A DNA stretch of 64,000 bases from Catajapyx aquilonaris. Taxonomy: Eukaryota. The stretch lies in contig KZ537979.1 of the NCBI GenBank assembly GCA_000934665.2, forward strand, positions 62,001 to 126,000, read 5' to 3'. The translations under genes and the position numbers were made by a program. Shown in pieces: positions 38,704-51,230 of the stretch (its first letter is position 1; the number at the start of each line of letters is the position of its first letter). The notes beneath the pieces were generated by a model that was given only the letters and a program-made list of their open reading frames with translations, was not told the DNA's origin and made no database searches.

Positions 38704-38731
38704 CACCACCATCACCATCATCATTATTATT
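38583..38731. repeat. Compound microsatellite (TTA)17(TCG)7(TCA)15 plus degenerate CCA/TCA/TTA tail
   Basis: Counted directly: 38583-38633, 38634-38654, 38655-38699. Confidence 0.97.
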
Positions 38732-39669
38732 GGAGGGCATATAGTCATATTTGGTTCGTCCGTGCCACTGCTTCGGCCAGCCTAATTTGGCCCTTTAGCC
38801 GCAAAGAGCAAATTACCGCCAAATTGGAGGAAGAATTTGCAAAATACCTCACTTGCTCTAATAACCACAATTTGCAGATATTCACAATCGCGTTTTAAGT
38901 GTAAGGTGGCGGCACATATTCCAGTTAAATAAAATAAAACAGGTTTTGCGACGTTTAAAAATACCGGCATATTCATTCCGTACATATGGCTGGAAAGGCA
39001 AATATATTGACAATAGTTAATAAAGTAAAATTAGACTATCCATATTGCAACCCAAATCAACCCAGAGGGCTAGCTCAGGCAATACTACTTCCCCTACGGC
39101 AGGATTTAGCAGAATCTGCGGTAGTGTTAATTGAAAACGATCAACAGCTGGAAAGGGAATAATATAGATGGGTGCGTTTTTCACCTCGCTCCATTTCCAT
39201 CCGATATTTAGTTAATAATGAATTCGCAGACCAGACCATATTTATACAACGAATCGCTCTCTGGTGCGTGAACAAGGGCGACAGCCAAAACTGGATGCTA
39301 TGAGTTTTGCGAAAAAAAGTGGTCATTTCGCGTCTGAACTTTGGCACCGCCAAAGTAAATTAAAAACCGCGCCTCTGTGTGGTTTCCACCAATCACGGCA
39401 TATTTACGTACTCTAATATTTCATGAGGTAGCACACCTCCTTAAAAATGTCAAACGCTGAAAACTACCGGGAGTGCAAATTAAATTAAACCTCGGACGAA
39501 ACGGCATGCCCAGTAGCTGATTCACGTCTATTCCAAAGCGACTTTTGTCACACCCCGTATTTTACTCCTGAAGGCCTCAAAAGGGGTAGGAAATGGCGGA
39601 GACGGGCGGCAGCCCCTGAGGTAGAATAGACCGGGGTCTCATGGAGGTAGCCTCGTCGCAGGAAAGAAA

Positions 39670-40390
39670 ACGGTGTCGCGGAGCGTTTTTCATCGTTACT
39701 CTGCTCGTTCGACTTGGATTGGACGCACGTTCCCGTAATGTTGGAAAAGGGGGAGGGTTTCGTTATTCTTTCCTCGGCCAGCCGTTTCCACAAGTACCTC
39801 CAGATTTCCCACTCGATTCTACAATCCGCAACCCCCTTGCCTTCTCACGCCTTTTCCACAAAGGCTGCCTGCAACCAATTGATGCCTGATGGGATCTAAA
39901 CAAGAACGAGTCGAACCTCGCTCTTCGCGACAATCCGCAACTTTCAACCACGCTCCGACGTACCTTCGAAGGTGGTGCTGTACCTACAGGAAAACAATTT
40001 ATAATCAACCGAGCGACAAAAAACCGTTAGAACTTGGGCCTAGACCTGTGGCCCCAGTGCATCAGGTCTCAGCAGGCAGGTTTATGGAAGGAAGATCGGC
40101 GGCCCCGCTTTCCGCCTCACTTGTCGCGCCCAAGATGACACTTGCACAGTATGGGATTGCCTGTGGGGGCCGCCCGCTTTACAACGTGCTTATGATTTGG
40201 CGAATGAGGTCCAGGCTGGCAGACTTAGTCGACAAATCACGTGGTCTTTTGTCCTTGTTGTGCAGCGCGGCTTTGCACAAAACACGAACCGGCTTGAGCC
40301 TACTAATGTCAAAAGCTTCCCACCCACTGCGTCTTTGCCAACGCCCTGGAACAATAGTTGGCAGACTGAAGCAAGTCGCACTGATTTAGC
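39670..40390 (+). mobile_element. L1 ORF2 relic (RT C-terminus to post-RT)
   Basis: AFFIVTLLVRL (FADDT.L+), SSASRF (F..ASG), TYLRRWCCT (KL..W), GRFMEG (R.F+W), LVAPKMTLAQY..CGG (VAW..+.LP+..GG). Confidence 0.45.
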
Positions 40391-40984
40391 CCTATCGGCA
40401 ATTCATGAATGTTGGAGCTTGCCAAGGCCTGACAACCCTGATTAGTACATCGCTCCAAGCACTAATTGGTCCATCATATACGGTAATGCAGGTCGCGACC
40501 TCTGACACCATTTTTCAGGCCTTACCGGACCTGCTTTCTAGCCTCGGCTCTTGACAATCTCAAGTTATTGGTACAAAGCCTATTTTCCAACGTGCCGAGG
40601 GTTCCCCATTTCGGCCACACTCTCCCAGTATTCATGGAATAGCCGTTATATGAAGAAAAGTGGCACATTCACTCCAGACTCTCCTCGTCCGCCCCCCCAC
40701 CACTTCCCTTTTCCATATCAGAGCTCAATATCTCTTGATCAGATGAGGGGAAGCGGAGCCCTTGGCCTGATAGTCTCGGAACAAGCACCGCATTCTTTCT
40801 TCCTTTCCTTTCTTCCCCTCCCCTAGCCACTGGCCCTCCCTCACATTGACATTGTCGTTCAATTCATCCCGAGCAACCTTCATCACTGGCTACATGTGGC
40901 AGGAAACGTGCCCTGCGGTTCCTTCAAGATGTATTCAACCTCGACCCGGTCACAGGCCACTCTGATGGTACGTGGTGGCCCGTT

Positions 40985-41230
40985 ATGAAGGCAAAGTCAG
41001 CTCGCTTTCTACCTCGATTCTTCGATCGAGTGGCAAAGAGGACGCTTATTGTCAGCGCACGGTACACTTGGCTGCCTCTCCACGCTTCTCCGAGAGCTTG
41101 GCTCGCAGATACAAACTTCGCTAAAAGCCTTGCCGATAATCCCATCCTCATAGTTACACCACAGAGGAAGTGCGCAAGTTCAACATGGCTGATATTCACT
41201 CGAGTTTGCAGGAGTCATATCAACCCTGAT
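40985..41230 (+). mobile_element. Possible L1 ORF1 relic
   Basis: DRVAKRTLIV, ELGSQIQ, KSLADNPILIV and EEVRK across frameshifts, downstream of a CT-rich tract at ~40790-40850. Confidence 0.35.
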
Positions 41231-41929
41231 GTGATTAGTTAGCTGACTCAAAAGAAGCACGTGCTTCTCACGCCTGCAGTGTTTGGAGTCGACGCACTGT
41301 GTGCGGCCAGTTTAAACGCGAACCACTGTGAGTAAACATCAATGAATACCAGCGTGCATTTTTGGCAAGTTTGCATGACCACCGCAAGTTCATGAAAGCA
41401 CCTTTTTTCATGCAAATCGGTCATGAAAGCAGCTAGGGGAAAAGAATGCGGTGCCCTAAGTCCGTAATCCTAGGGGAGAATTAGGCACGCCATTGTCCTG
41501 CGAACAAGAGAGTCAGATGTTCCCGTTATTCCCTTTTTGTCCGTCTATCCTGCTCTAAGTTGGCTTCTCTCTACTCGTCTTTTTTTTGCATCAAACGATT
41601 TTCTCTCCTTCTGCGCGTCGCCTTGTGAAAAGTGTCATCCAAGTCGGTAACACAAAACCTTTCCCTTCAATCAAAGAAGCATATGGAAGAGACGTACGTA
41701 CCTTGTTCTCCAATATCCGGCGTGTTCTTCAATTTCCAATTTGCTTCCAAGCAACGAGCCTGAAAAGGGGGAAACAGGACTGCTGTAAATCCCTCGTCTT
41801 TCTCAGTCATCACCAAAGAATGTGGGAATTGAGCGTATTCAAGAAAAATAATGCGGGACAAGTGAACCCCTGGCAGGTATGATGAACTATTGAGGCATAG
41901 GATACGTAGAAAGATCCTTGCTTTAAATG

Positions 41930-42100
41930 GTATGATTGTAGAAAAAGTGTGGCACCCCTTAGTCCTTCCTTGGACCGTTTGATGGGAGGTTCACCCACCC
42001 CTGCTATCTCCGTCTGGAGGCATAATGGTTGAGGATTAGGTGGTGCCGTGAGCTAGAGTTGGGAAGCGTGCGATTGAAACGTTGGGAGGAGTGGAGTCAT
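41930..42100 (+). mobile_element. Short L1 post-RT relic
   Basis: LEA*WLRIRWCRELELG resembles A.ALK+RW..+L+.G. Confidence 0.35.
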
Positions 42101-42254
42101 CTGGCTGAGAGACACACTTTCCCTTTCATCGCCGAAGAGTTTCCCTTCTCTTCTCTTGCATGCCTGAGTCTTTATTGCTGGGGAGGCTCTGCTGGCGGAA
42201 GAAACAAGCAATCGATGACTAGGGGGGTCTGCACTTAAGAATGGATTCGGACCA

Positions 42255-42665
42255 CTTCCTTTCTAGCAATCATCACCGCATGCGACTTGGAAAACAGAGG
42301 GCAGCACCGGGTCTAATATGCCGACTCGCTTTTATAATTATCCCATTTTGCATTTCTGTTTTTTGGGGTCTTTTCTTGCAGTTTCTCCGCGAGATCACAT
42401 GAGGCCTCTGGGATATTGCCTTCCCCAAAGTAGCTTTCATATTTGGTACATTCTTGATGGGGAGAGCAGCCGGAGATGAAGCTCCCTCCACCACCATATG
42501 CATAACCACTCGGGGAATCTCGCTTGGCGGCCGCTTCCCTATTATTGTATTATGTTTCTCAAGGCATGGAGCAAAATAAAGTATATTTTCCATTTTCTCC
42601 GGGCCACCGTGCCAGGCAGCCGAGAAAATTAAGGCCATGATCGCGAGGAAGTTTTCTTCGATCAC
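42255..42665 (-). mobile_element. L1 ORF1 relic (DUF4283-like to zinc knuckle)
   Basis: ENFLAIM..PEKMENILYFAP, IKNVP..ATLGKAI, LCFPSRMR/MIARK (CF.C...GH+AR). Confidence 0.5.
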
Positions 42666-43389
42666 TCGCGCCAGAGGGAGTGAGACGAGCTGTTTACGAC
42701 ATCCCGTGTCCCACTATCGTCAAATGTCATCACTTGCTGATGTACTGGATATGCCGTCTAACTTACTGTTTGCGGTCGACCCACCCTTGCCGCCGTAAAA
42801 ACCTAAGCAGTTGGCACACAAGCCCTCTGCGCAATATTTTATCCGGCCCATTACTTGACTGAATGAGCATTACTGCTTCTGGCAAGCTGCAAAATTATTC
42901 ACAAGCTGGCTAAAAAATTCCGATCGTGTTCGCTCAACTGTTGCGTACGAACAGATTGAGCCTTTGAAATTACGCCAAGTCATATAGCTCAAAAACGCCG
43001 CCCACCCGTTTTTGTCCTATTTCCTTCCGCATATATCCGACAGTATGTAACACGCCGCTATTAATCGTCGAAATACTGGTGTACACTTTCTCACTGTGAG
43101 AAGTTTTCACTCGGTTCTAGTTTGGCACACATGGCCCCAGGGAAATACTGCGCCGCAACTTCCTTGCCCGTAGGCTCAATTCAAGGGAGCATCACACGCA
43201 TTATCTCTAGCATCTGAGCCATTTCCTCAGAGGTATGCGCCGTTTTCTGTCAACTTGCCTCCATTTTGGGACTTCCTGGATGCTGCAGCAGCTTCAACTA
43301 GTTTCTCCCTCCAAAAAATCCGACTCTTGATGCAAAATGACACTCTTTTTTCTAGCAAAAATCAACCTACCCGCTCTGCTGACTAGTTT

Positions 43390-43900
43390 ACTTAACACCC
43401 ATCCGGGGAAAAGCGTGGATTCAAATGGTCAGGCAAAGTGCTCTTGTCATCTTCGCTCCCCGTCCCGGACACCATTTTACAGTAAACAAAGAGCGAGTCG
43501 CACCTGGAGGCTTCAATGGACAACTACAGAGATAGGGTATCACTGATGGGACCCATTGCGATACACAATCTTTGGCCCCACCCTACCCAACTCCTGCCAT
43601 CATTTGATTACTTTCTTACAGACAGACGCCAAAGTTTGTTCCAGCTAAAATTGCCCACATTTTTTTTGGTCTCTCTCTCGTGCGCTCCCAGTGCAAAATG
43701 AAAGAACCACAAAGTACTTTTCGCCTTTGGCATTCTGGGCCATTTTGCATGAGGCTCCTGCAGTAACCTACCGTAATTGGAAATGCCAGCAAATCAGTTA
43801 TCGGTGGGGGGCCCAGATTCCGGGGGCTAGTTGGGGTGTCCAACCATTTGAACCTGACACCCCGTTCCAGAAATGCCTGTGTGCACCTCCCGAACTATGC
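43390..43900 (+). mobile_element. L1 reverse-transcriptase relic
   Basis: PGKSVDSNG (GKSPG.DG), DNYRDRVSLMG (+NYRPISL+G), QTPKFVP (QT.F+P), PLAFWAILH (LDF.KA+D), QPFEPDTPFQKCLCAP (PF...R.+RQGCPLAP). Confidence 0.6.
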
Positions 43901-44099
43901 ATGGTGCTAGCCACATTAGTCTGCTAGAGGGGGTGACTCTTAACACTCGGAATGTATTGGTACGATAAAAAAATCACATAAGGTAAATGGAGCAGAATGG
44001 TGATTATAATTTCTTCATACCTGTAGTATGAGTCATTGCGCCCTAGGGTTTTAATTTCAAGGATATGTTTACAAAAGAAGGTGACGCTCCTTTCTAATT

Positions 44100-44730
44100 A
44101 GTGGAAACAGATGGCCTGAGGGAAGGAGCTTAGAATAGGGAAAATTCGAAGTCCGTTTTTGGGCTAGGAGGGGTTCGGAGAATGGTGAAAAAATAGAGTG
44201 TTCAGCTTGAGAGTGTTCAGCTTGAATCTAGCTACAACAATGTACCGAATATTGGACCTAAGCATCAGTGATTTGAGGGTAGCAGAATCAGGTCAAATGG
44301 AATGCGTCATCGCGCTCCATGCACGATAGTTGTTGGCTCAATACGCAAACATGAATGTAGGTGGTACTCACCAAATATCATTTCGTGCAGTGCTGGTGTG
44401 TGAAATGCAGGGCATGTCGGGCATGCACTGTGCGTGTACAAAGAGAATGCCGACAGGGGATTTTCAAAAAGGGGCTTCTGCTAGTGGCACAAAATTACTT
44501 TCCACCTGGATGCATAATCTAGTGCATAACAAGAAATGGCTGCCATGTACTCTCTGGAAACTTTCTGGCCATATTCTCACTTATCAAAAGGTGCCATCGC
44601 TAGATAGACATCATAATCTATTTCTAGCAGCCGAAGTCATTGACAGATTTTCGATGGCAGAAACTTCTCTCGTAGTCGTGACACCTTCAACGACATCGTG
44701 ACAGATCAGAAGTACCATTGGAATCCGCCT
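44100..44730 (+). mobile_element. L1 AP-endonuclease relic
   Basis: NMNVGGTHQISFRAVLVCEM (N+YAP....R..LW.E+), PTGDFQ (GDFN), LTYQKVPSLDR (FT+...SRLDR), VTDQ (SDH). Confidence 0.5.
44195..44225. repeat. Perfect 15-bp tandem duplication (AGAGTGTTCAGCTTG)x2
   Basis: Directly visible in the sequence. Confidence 0.95.
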
Positions 44731-44924
44731 TAATAATTCGTGACTCCAAGAATAGAATAATTGTAGAGCCAGCAACACCATCGTAAAATAACATTATTTC
44801 TGCGGCCCCTTTTTGGCGCTAATAATGAAAACGAAATGACATAGGAACGTCATCAATCAACCTTGTTAGCCGCTATTAGCATCGAACCCGTGAATTACGT
44901 CTCCTTATCCCCATATTAAGCCTC

Positions 44925-45800
44925 CTATAAATCTCCGCATGGGGTCAGAAGAAAATCCCCAGCAGAGAAACTTGAGAAAATTATCCGGCCGGGCTCAACA
45001 GTCTTAAGAATTAATGAAGCGATACCATTTTCAAAAAGTTTCAAGACACGAAAATGTGCAGTACACACAGACAAAATAATAACCTGCCGGATTAAAGCTA
45101 ATATAGCCTGCAATATTAGAGTCTCCTGAGTGCATAGTAGAGTCATGGCCTGGAAGGCACTTACCAGAGGAAGAGCCGACGATAGCAAAAGATGGTTGTA
45201 GCAGACTGGTTGGGGAGAAACTACCGGCATGTGGATGAGGAAAAGTGGAGGGCGTAAGGCTAAATTTAGGCTGGCGGAAATTTCGCGGGGGTAAAGAGCA
45301 GGAAGCTCAAATCCGTCTACCCACCCTCACCATCTTTCTTTTTTGATTTTTTTGGGGGGAGAAGAAAACTGTAGGCGCTTGATTTCCGGACGCAAATGAT
45401 TACCTTTGTCAATCGACTGGCTGCCATAGTTTTCCGCCAAGGAGACGCGATAATGGAGGCCTACGGTGAATGATTCGGCGACTCGTGCATAAAGCATTCC
45501 AACCAAGACCATCGATTCGGGGAGGGCAGGTTCACATGGAAATGAGAAGGCATGCTTTGCTTTGGTGATGTCGGTGCCGACTCCCAGGCTGACGTACAGA
45601 AACCCCCTCCTCCTGCATTTCATTGTGACTGGGACCCATAATAAATTTAGACGACCACTTCTGCCTTGAAACCTCGATTCACATGTGTACGTTTCGTTCC
45701 GGCACAGAAATAATATTCCTTCCGGCGGGGTGCTCATCTCCACCCACTTCTTCAAGGGAGGAATGGGGTAGATGGGGAGATGGGTGGGGTTTGATGTCAT
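44925..45800 (-). mobile_element. L1 5' half relic: ORF1 C-terminus followed by APE N-terminus
   Basis: ORF 45327..45800 PCEPALPESMVL..FTVGLHYRVSL..KGNHLRPE (D...LP..+...+.Y..LP..GH); ORF 44925..45230 TLLCTQETLI (D++CLQET) and ENGIASLILK (GGVA+L+). Confidence 0.6.
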
Positions 45801-47879
45801 TATGGGTCAAGTAATTCCCCGTTTCCTCGGCCTACGCCGCGTGTTTCCACAACCAATGATTCATAGTTATCGATCGATCCCGCCCATCGCGTTTTGGTAT
45901 TGCGGTTTTCTCTACTCGAAATAACAAACGGATCAGTTCTCGTGATTACTTTCTGCGGAATTCATTCATTCGTCAAAACACACACCGCTTCCCTCGAATT
46001 CAATTGAATCGCAACAGGATGGAGGTAAAAATATTCACCCCTGACTCTTCCCCATTCTTCCACTATTTTTGGCAATGTTTTCTTGGCAGGTAAAGCCATG
46101 CGCGAATCTGGGCTGTGACCTTTATTCGTCACAATGGTGCTATGCGGGAGACGAATGCAATAACAATTGATCGTAGAAATACATCTTATTTAATTTCATT
46201 CAATACCTGACAGACATACCAGGCGTGGGATGAAATTTGAAATTTGGTACAAGTTCGCTTTTCCGTTATGCCATTGTCTCATGTTACTTACTGCACTAAT
46301 TATTCCACGAGTGCACCCCAGAAGTTAGTCATTATGACCCACCATGTATTTATAAGAAAGGTCACGAGCTCTATCTTCGAATATGGAATCAACAATGATT
46401 TAAAATGTTCAAAAGACGCTATTTGGATTTCATTTTTTTTTGCTAATTCGTGGCAGAAGATGCAAATGGCCTCCTTCGAAACCCTGGCCTCATTTGGACC
46501 TTATTAAAAATGCCTGCTTTTGGACTCCAAGGGCCAATGAATTCACTACGAGCCTTGGGTCTCTAACTGAAGGAGTCGATAAATGTAAGCTTCATTTCGA
46601 AATTTAAAAAGAAAACTAGGCTGCTTCTCAAAGAGCTCCTTTGAACTTGTGTACACTGCTAATCTGAACCGTAGTGTTGCGACAAGAAAATCTCGTATGG
46701 AATAAACCAAGTTTAGTTAGTAGCAGTAAGAGGAAGGGAATGGGATGCAATCTTCCGGGAGCGCTCTTAATTACAAGGCAGTAGTTAATACCTCTAGCCT
46801 AATTTAGTGAGCCGGAATGAGCATTGGATCACGACCTATTGGGGAACTACCTTCCTTTCCTTTCTTCCCTTTCTTCAAATCCCTGCGCGATAACGTCGCG
46901 ATGAGAAAGGTTTGGCACCAACTTTCGGATTAAGATGGGTCATTGAAAAATCTCTTCTTCCGTCCCTAATTAACGCGAGAGACAATGGACGACGCGCTGC
47001 ATCCATCACGGCTAACTCCAGGCGGATTCCATCTTTTTTCCCCTTCCTTCTCTCCTCCCCTCCCTACCTTCCCCTTCCCTTGCCGTCTCCAGGGGACTGC
47101 CTACCCCTAAATCCCATCTCCTGTTTAGGTCCCAAAGTCCGATCCGAGAGGACCCTGGGATTTACACACCGCTTGTGCTTCGTGGGTTGCATAGTCCGAG
47201 GGATGAAGTGGGATTGCTGAGAAGGAATGTTCTCCAAGGGCCACCCGACGTGAAGCCAGCGTTCTATTTCCTTCTCTGGCCCTTCCATAACTTACCCGAG
47301 ACAAACCAGCCTAGAACGCAACTATTCATGCACATAAGACATTGACAGCGTTGCAGTTCCTCTTTAATCCTGCCCTTTAAAAAAAATTGGAACATCAAAA
47401 TAGATCCTGTACATGTCTGCTCCTCACATTTTCTCCGGAACATTACCCCGGAACCCCCTTAACGTGATACCTCCTATCCCACACCAGAAATGAAGAGAAC
47501 CGACTATCCTTTCCCCTGCTGAATCTGAAGCCGCAGAGATCAGGATTCCCCGTGCATACAAATGGTCTCCCTCCACTTCAGAATGCGAAAAATTCGTGAC
47601 GTGTGGCCGGGCGAGAAGGCCAACCTCCCAATACCCTAATTCCGACTCTTTGCCAAAATCGATGGCATTGTTGCTGCCAAGTCGGCTAAGCTTCCCCCCC
47701 TACCAAAGATCTCCCCCCTCCTGCTAAAACAAAAGGCCGTCTATCTTTCTTTCCACTACACTTATTAGCAGCAGGGCTAAATGGGAAGTTGGGCTGGGGC
47801 TGGGGCATCAGATGTCATCTCTCAAGTGGCAAGTCGGGGGCTCAACAGCCCCCTTCTGCCAGCCCCCTTTGGCCAACCA

Positions 47880-48750
47880 CTTGGGTCCCTCATATTCAGA
47901 AGAATTTCGGGGGGGTGGTCAGCTGGTATACTCTCGTGTTTAAAGCCCTAGCCACAATCTTCAGCAGGGTTTTCGGGATTAACGGAGCCTCAGGTGTCTC
48001 TGTTAATGCATTCCCCTTGGCCAGTAAAGCGCAGAAATTACATTACATTTCCGACTCTTTTATTAAGGCGTGTTTGGCTGCAAATGGGCGAAAGGGATGA
48101 GAGGAACGGGGGTTCTGGGGCTGGTGTGGAACGGGTTAAACCCAAATCCAATTAACATTTTACGACACTCCAAACGCCCCCTCCTCCACATAATAATGTC
48201 CTTCATTTTGCAGCTGATAAACTTGCAACCAGTTAAAAGGAAAAGAAGACAATGCTGCATTCTAATCGCTCGTTTAAGGTCGAGCCCGAAACCGCAACAG
48301 ACTCCGAACTTTTTCGGCGGACTGTTATCTGCCACATAGAGCCGGTGCATAAGTGGCCATCAACAGCCAGCCGGAAATGTGTGCTGATTGTCGACTGCCA
48401 CGGATCTTTGTGTTCCTTGGCGCTGTATTGTTGCACATGCTGCCAGGCTGGAAATCTGGCCCGCCCTTAAAACATCCGCCGACTCAACAGTCCCATCACA
48501 GGCAGCCTGCCCAGGCTATAAATGATAACCCAAGCTGGTCAACGACTCCTGCTGGCCAGTTGGGACCAAAATGGGATGGTGCTACTTGATCAACAGCACA
48601 AAAAAAATCAAAAAAACTGGATACTCCATAATACCGCTTATACACAGGCAATACACTTAAATCTGGGCTGGTCATATTTATGTCGCGCCGAGTGTCATGC
48701 AGCCAGTGCAATCCGGGGCGCTTCCAACTTCTCCTAATCTATTCGCAATT
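47880..48750 (+). mobile_element. L1 ORF1 relic (DUF4283-like, zinc knuckle, low-complexity tail)
   Basis: GVSVNAFPLASK..YISDSFIKACLA, GVLGLVWNGLNP (W...FNP), RTVICHIEPVHKWPS, LYCCTCCQAGNLAR (C..C.Q.GH+AR), SPNLFA. Confidence 0.55.
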
Positions 48751-49959
48751 GAGCCACGACATGACGGAGTGCTGACAGTTTGTCCCGACTGCTCCACCGA
48801 GTTTCACTGAATTGGCCCTTGGTCCGCTTTTTTTTGTTAAAAAAAAGAGCCACAGCCCGCATCTCACCATCTGTGTGAATGCAGATGAAAATAAATGCCA
48901 GTCACAAAGATCCACTTGCATTCTACATCAGCATAGCTAACCAACCAGAAGCGTCTGGATTATCTTCTTCCCGCCCGAAGGTTCTCAGAAAAGTTAGGTC
49001 GAAACTCAGCACCTCCAGTTGCAGGCTCATTTTCTTGTAATTTTCCGGCTCCTAAGACAATGGATGTCACCGGCAGCGAATGAAGCGTCAAGAATGAATC
49101 CGGCGCCTCCGGGGACCTCCAGGTGTGTCTGACAAGACGCTGCACCTGACTGGTACAGTACAAATATGCAGTCGATATCCCAGCCTTGTCTGCATCGATA
49201 CATCCATCCCTCTTCCTGATCCCCGTTCCCAATTTTGACTACCATCGTCATCCCATTTTTCACCCCTCCTCTTCCTGATGACTGCTTCAGAAATCGATGG
49301 AGAAAGGGCTGCTGCGGTGCGGTTCATGTGGTACGGTGCGGTATGCTGTAGGTTTGGAGTTTGAAATCTAAGCCCGGGAGGATTCGATTACTGCAGTAAT
49401 TAAATTTCAAATTTTCTTGCAAAAAATAAGGTCATGAGATAGATTCCTTTTTTTCTATCCAAGAAGTAACGTTCAGCATAGCCAATGCAACCTGGACAAA
49501 AGCAACCATTACAGTTGCCTGCTGCTGCTTTTCCTGGGACTCACACCACTCGGGCCCGGGCTACATTATTGGAAAGCACTTTCTCCACCTTCGCATGCAC
49601 ATTTCCAAGTAGGCTGGTCTGGCACGCTGATTCGGTGGGCATATATAGCCCCTGTATACAACGCAACCGGTCAGAGAAGAGCGGCATATAGGTTAGCTAA
49701 TTTCCAGGATGACCCAATGATAACGGTTGATTTGGAGCTGCATGACCCACAAAATAATGTTGGTTGATTTGGAGTGGTATGGTCCATGGATGTATTGATT
49801 CCGTTAAGCACAATACATGTAGATTGTGCTAATTGGTTTGGTCCAGCAGCAGCGCTTTCGGAAAGAAAAGTGCAGCTACCATACAAAGAGAAACTGCTGG
49901 GGCCTCGGCCGCTGCAGGCAGCTAAATTGAAATCTGCGCCAGCTTTGATCCAGCCAAAG

Positions 49960-50440
49960 GGCCCAGCTGAACTTCAACCCCGCGGTCTCCTTCACAATAA
50001 TTGGGCCTCCGAAAAGCCCTCCCCACCTCCTCGGCTGCCAACTCGCCAACTCTCACCCAACTTGCTCCGTACGCAAGGAACCTCACTGCATGTCGCCTCT
50101 CTACCAGGGGATACGCTGGGGTATAATGTAAGAGCATAGAAACTTTGGCCAGCGACTATGGATGGCTTCATCGATCCAGAGAGGGCGCGGATTCCGGGGG
50201 TGTCATTTACTTAGTGAGAAACCTATCTCCAACCCCCCTGACCAACTTGAAGGAACTAACTCAGTGCACTTGGCCACTTGCTGCACTCTGCACTTATTCG
50301 ACATGGGAGCAGCACACTGCGCCCTCCATTCCTTCACTCCACAGGAATGTACAATTTGGACCTGGCTGCGGAATTAATCACGGCTTTCTTCCCCAAATTC
50401 CGACTACGGCCTACTTTCTACCCAATTTAACCAAATTCCA
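49960..50440 (+). mobile_element. L1 AP-endonuclease N-terminal relic
   Basis: NFNP/RGL (+NVRGL), SPNLLRTQ (PD++.LQE), SGGVIYLVRN (GGVA+L+), TAPS (YAP), PQECTIWTWLRN (ER..+W.WL). Confidence 0.6.
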
Positions 50441-50715
50441 CTACACAGAGAGCTGGAGTTTTATGTCTTGCCCGGGCCGGCACGTCGCAGGTGTATTGCG
50501 TCCCACGGTTTTAATGTTATCCTAAATTTATTATCGATCATCAAAATATGCGGGCCGGATAAATGCGCATCATCAGTGTGTGCGGTGTACAGAGTAAACT
50601 GATCGTTCTATCTAGATGAGCAAACAACGTGGAACTCTGTACACATCCAATCTCTTCAACGCGGACACTGCTTCTTGCGGGCAAGTCAACAAACGCTCTA
50701 TTGCAGCCCAAAATA

Positions 50716-50786
50716 CAGGCAGTCCCCGACTTACGTACTCCGAGTTACGTAAAACTCGACCACTTACGTAAGTCGGGTACTGCCGG
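50716..50786. mobile_element. 71-bp pogo/Tigger-like (Tc1/mariner superfamily) miniature inverted-repeat element with TA target duplication
   Basis: TA|CAGGCAGTCCCCGACTTACGTA...TACGTAAGTCGGGTACTGCCGG|TA; the inverted match 50710-50737 vs 50765-50792 is 26/28; internal hairpin CGAGTT-ACGTAA-AACTCG. Confidence 0.8.
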
Positions 50787-51069
50787 TATTTTAACAAACT
50801 ATATCGAAGCTATACTATATACACATCTGAACCATAGTTACACCAGGGGATATCAGTCAAAGTAATCCAATATTTCATTGCTTAACTCGACGATAGACAA
50901 GCTGTCAGAAAATGTCAATATGTACATAAACACCCAGATTGTATGCGATAGCCACATGCAAATTAAGTAGACAAAAGTGGCCTACTTTCGATAGTGGCAG
51001 GGGGGTCCCCAGGAAAAACAAAAAAGCCACATTATTTTCATGCAAACAGAGCCGCCGTCGGCGTGGACA

Positions 51070-51230
51070 TCAGTCAGAACGACGGCACAAAGTTGGACTG
51101 AAGGTCGGACGGGTTTTGGGGTCGTGTACTATCCCCCTCCCTCCCCACCCCTACCAGACTTTCCAACGTCAACTATACTACCCAAATTTTCCAGCGGAAT
51201 TTGGTGAATGTGGTCATCACTCTTTCCCCC
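51070..51230 (+). mobile_element. Possible L1 ORF1 knuckle relic
   Basis: FQRQLYYPNFPAEFGECGHH resembles Q.+.Y..LP..C..CG..GH. Confidence 0.3.

Noticed and set aside
38485..38898. Homopolymeric-peptide ORFs here and at 15785-16145
   Set aside because: Translations of trinucleotide microsatellites.
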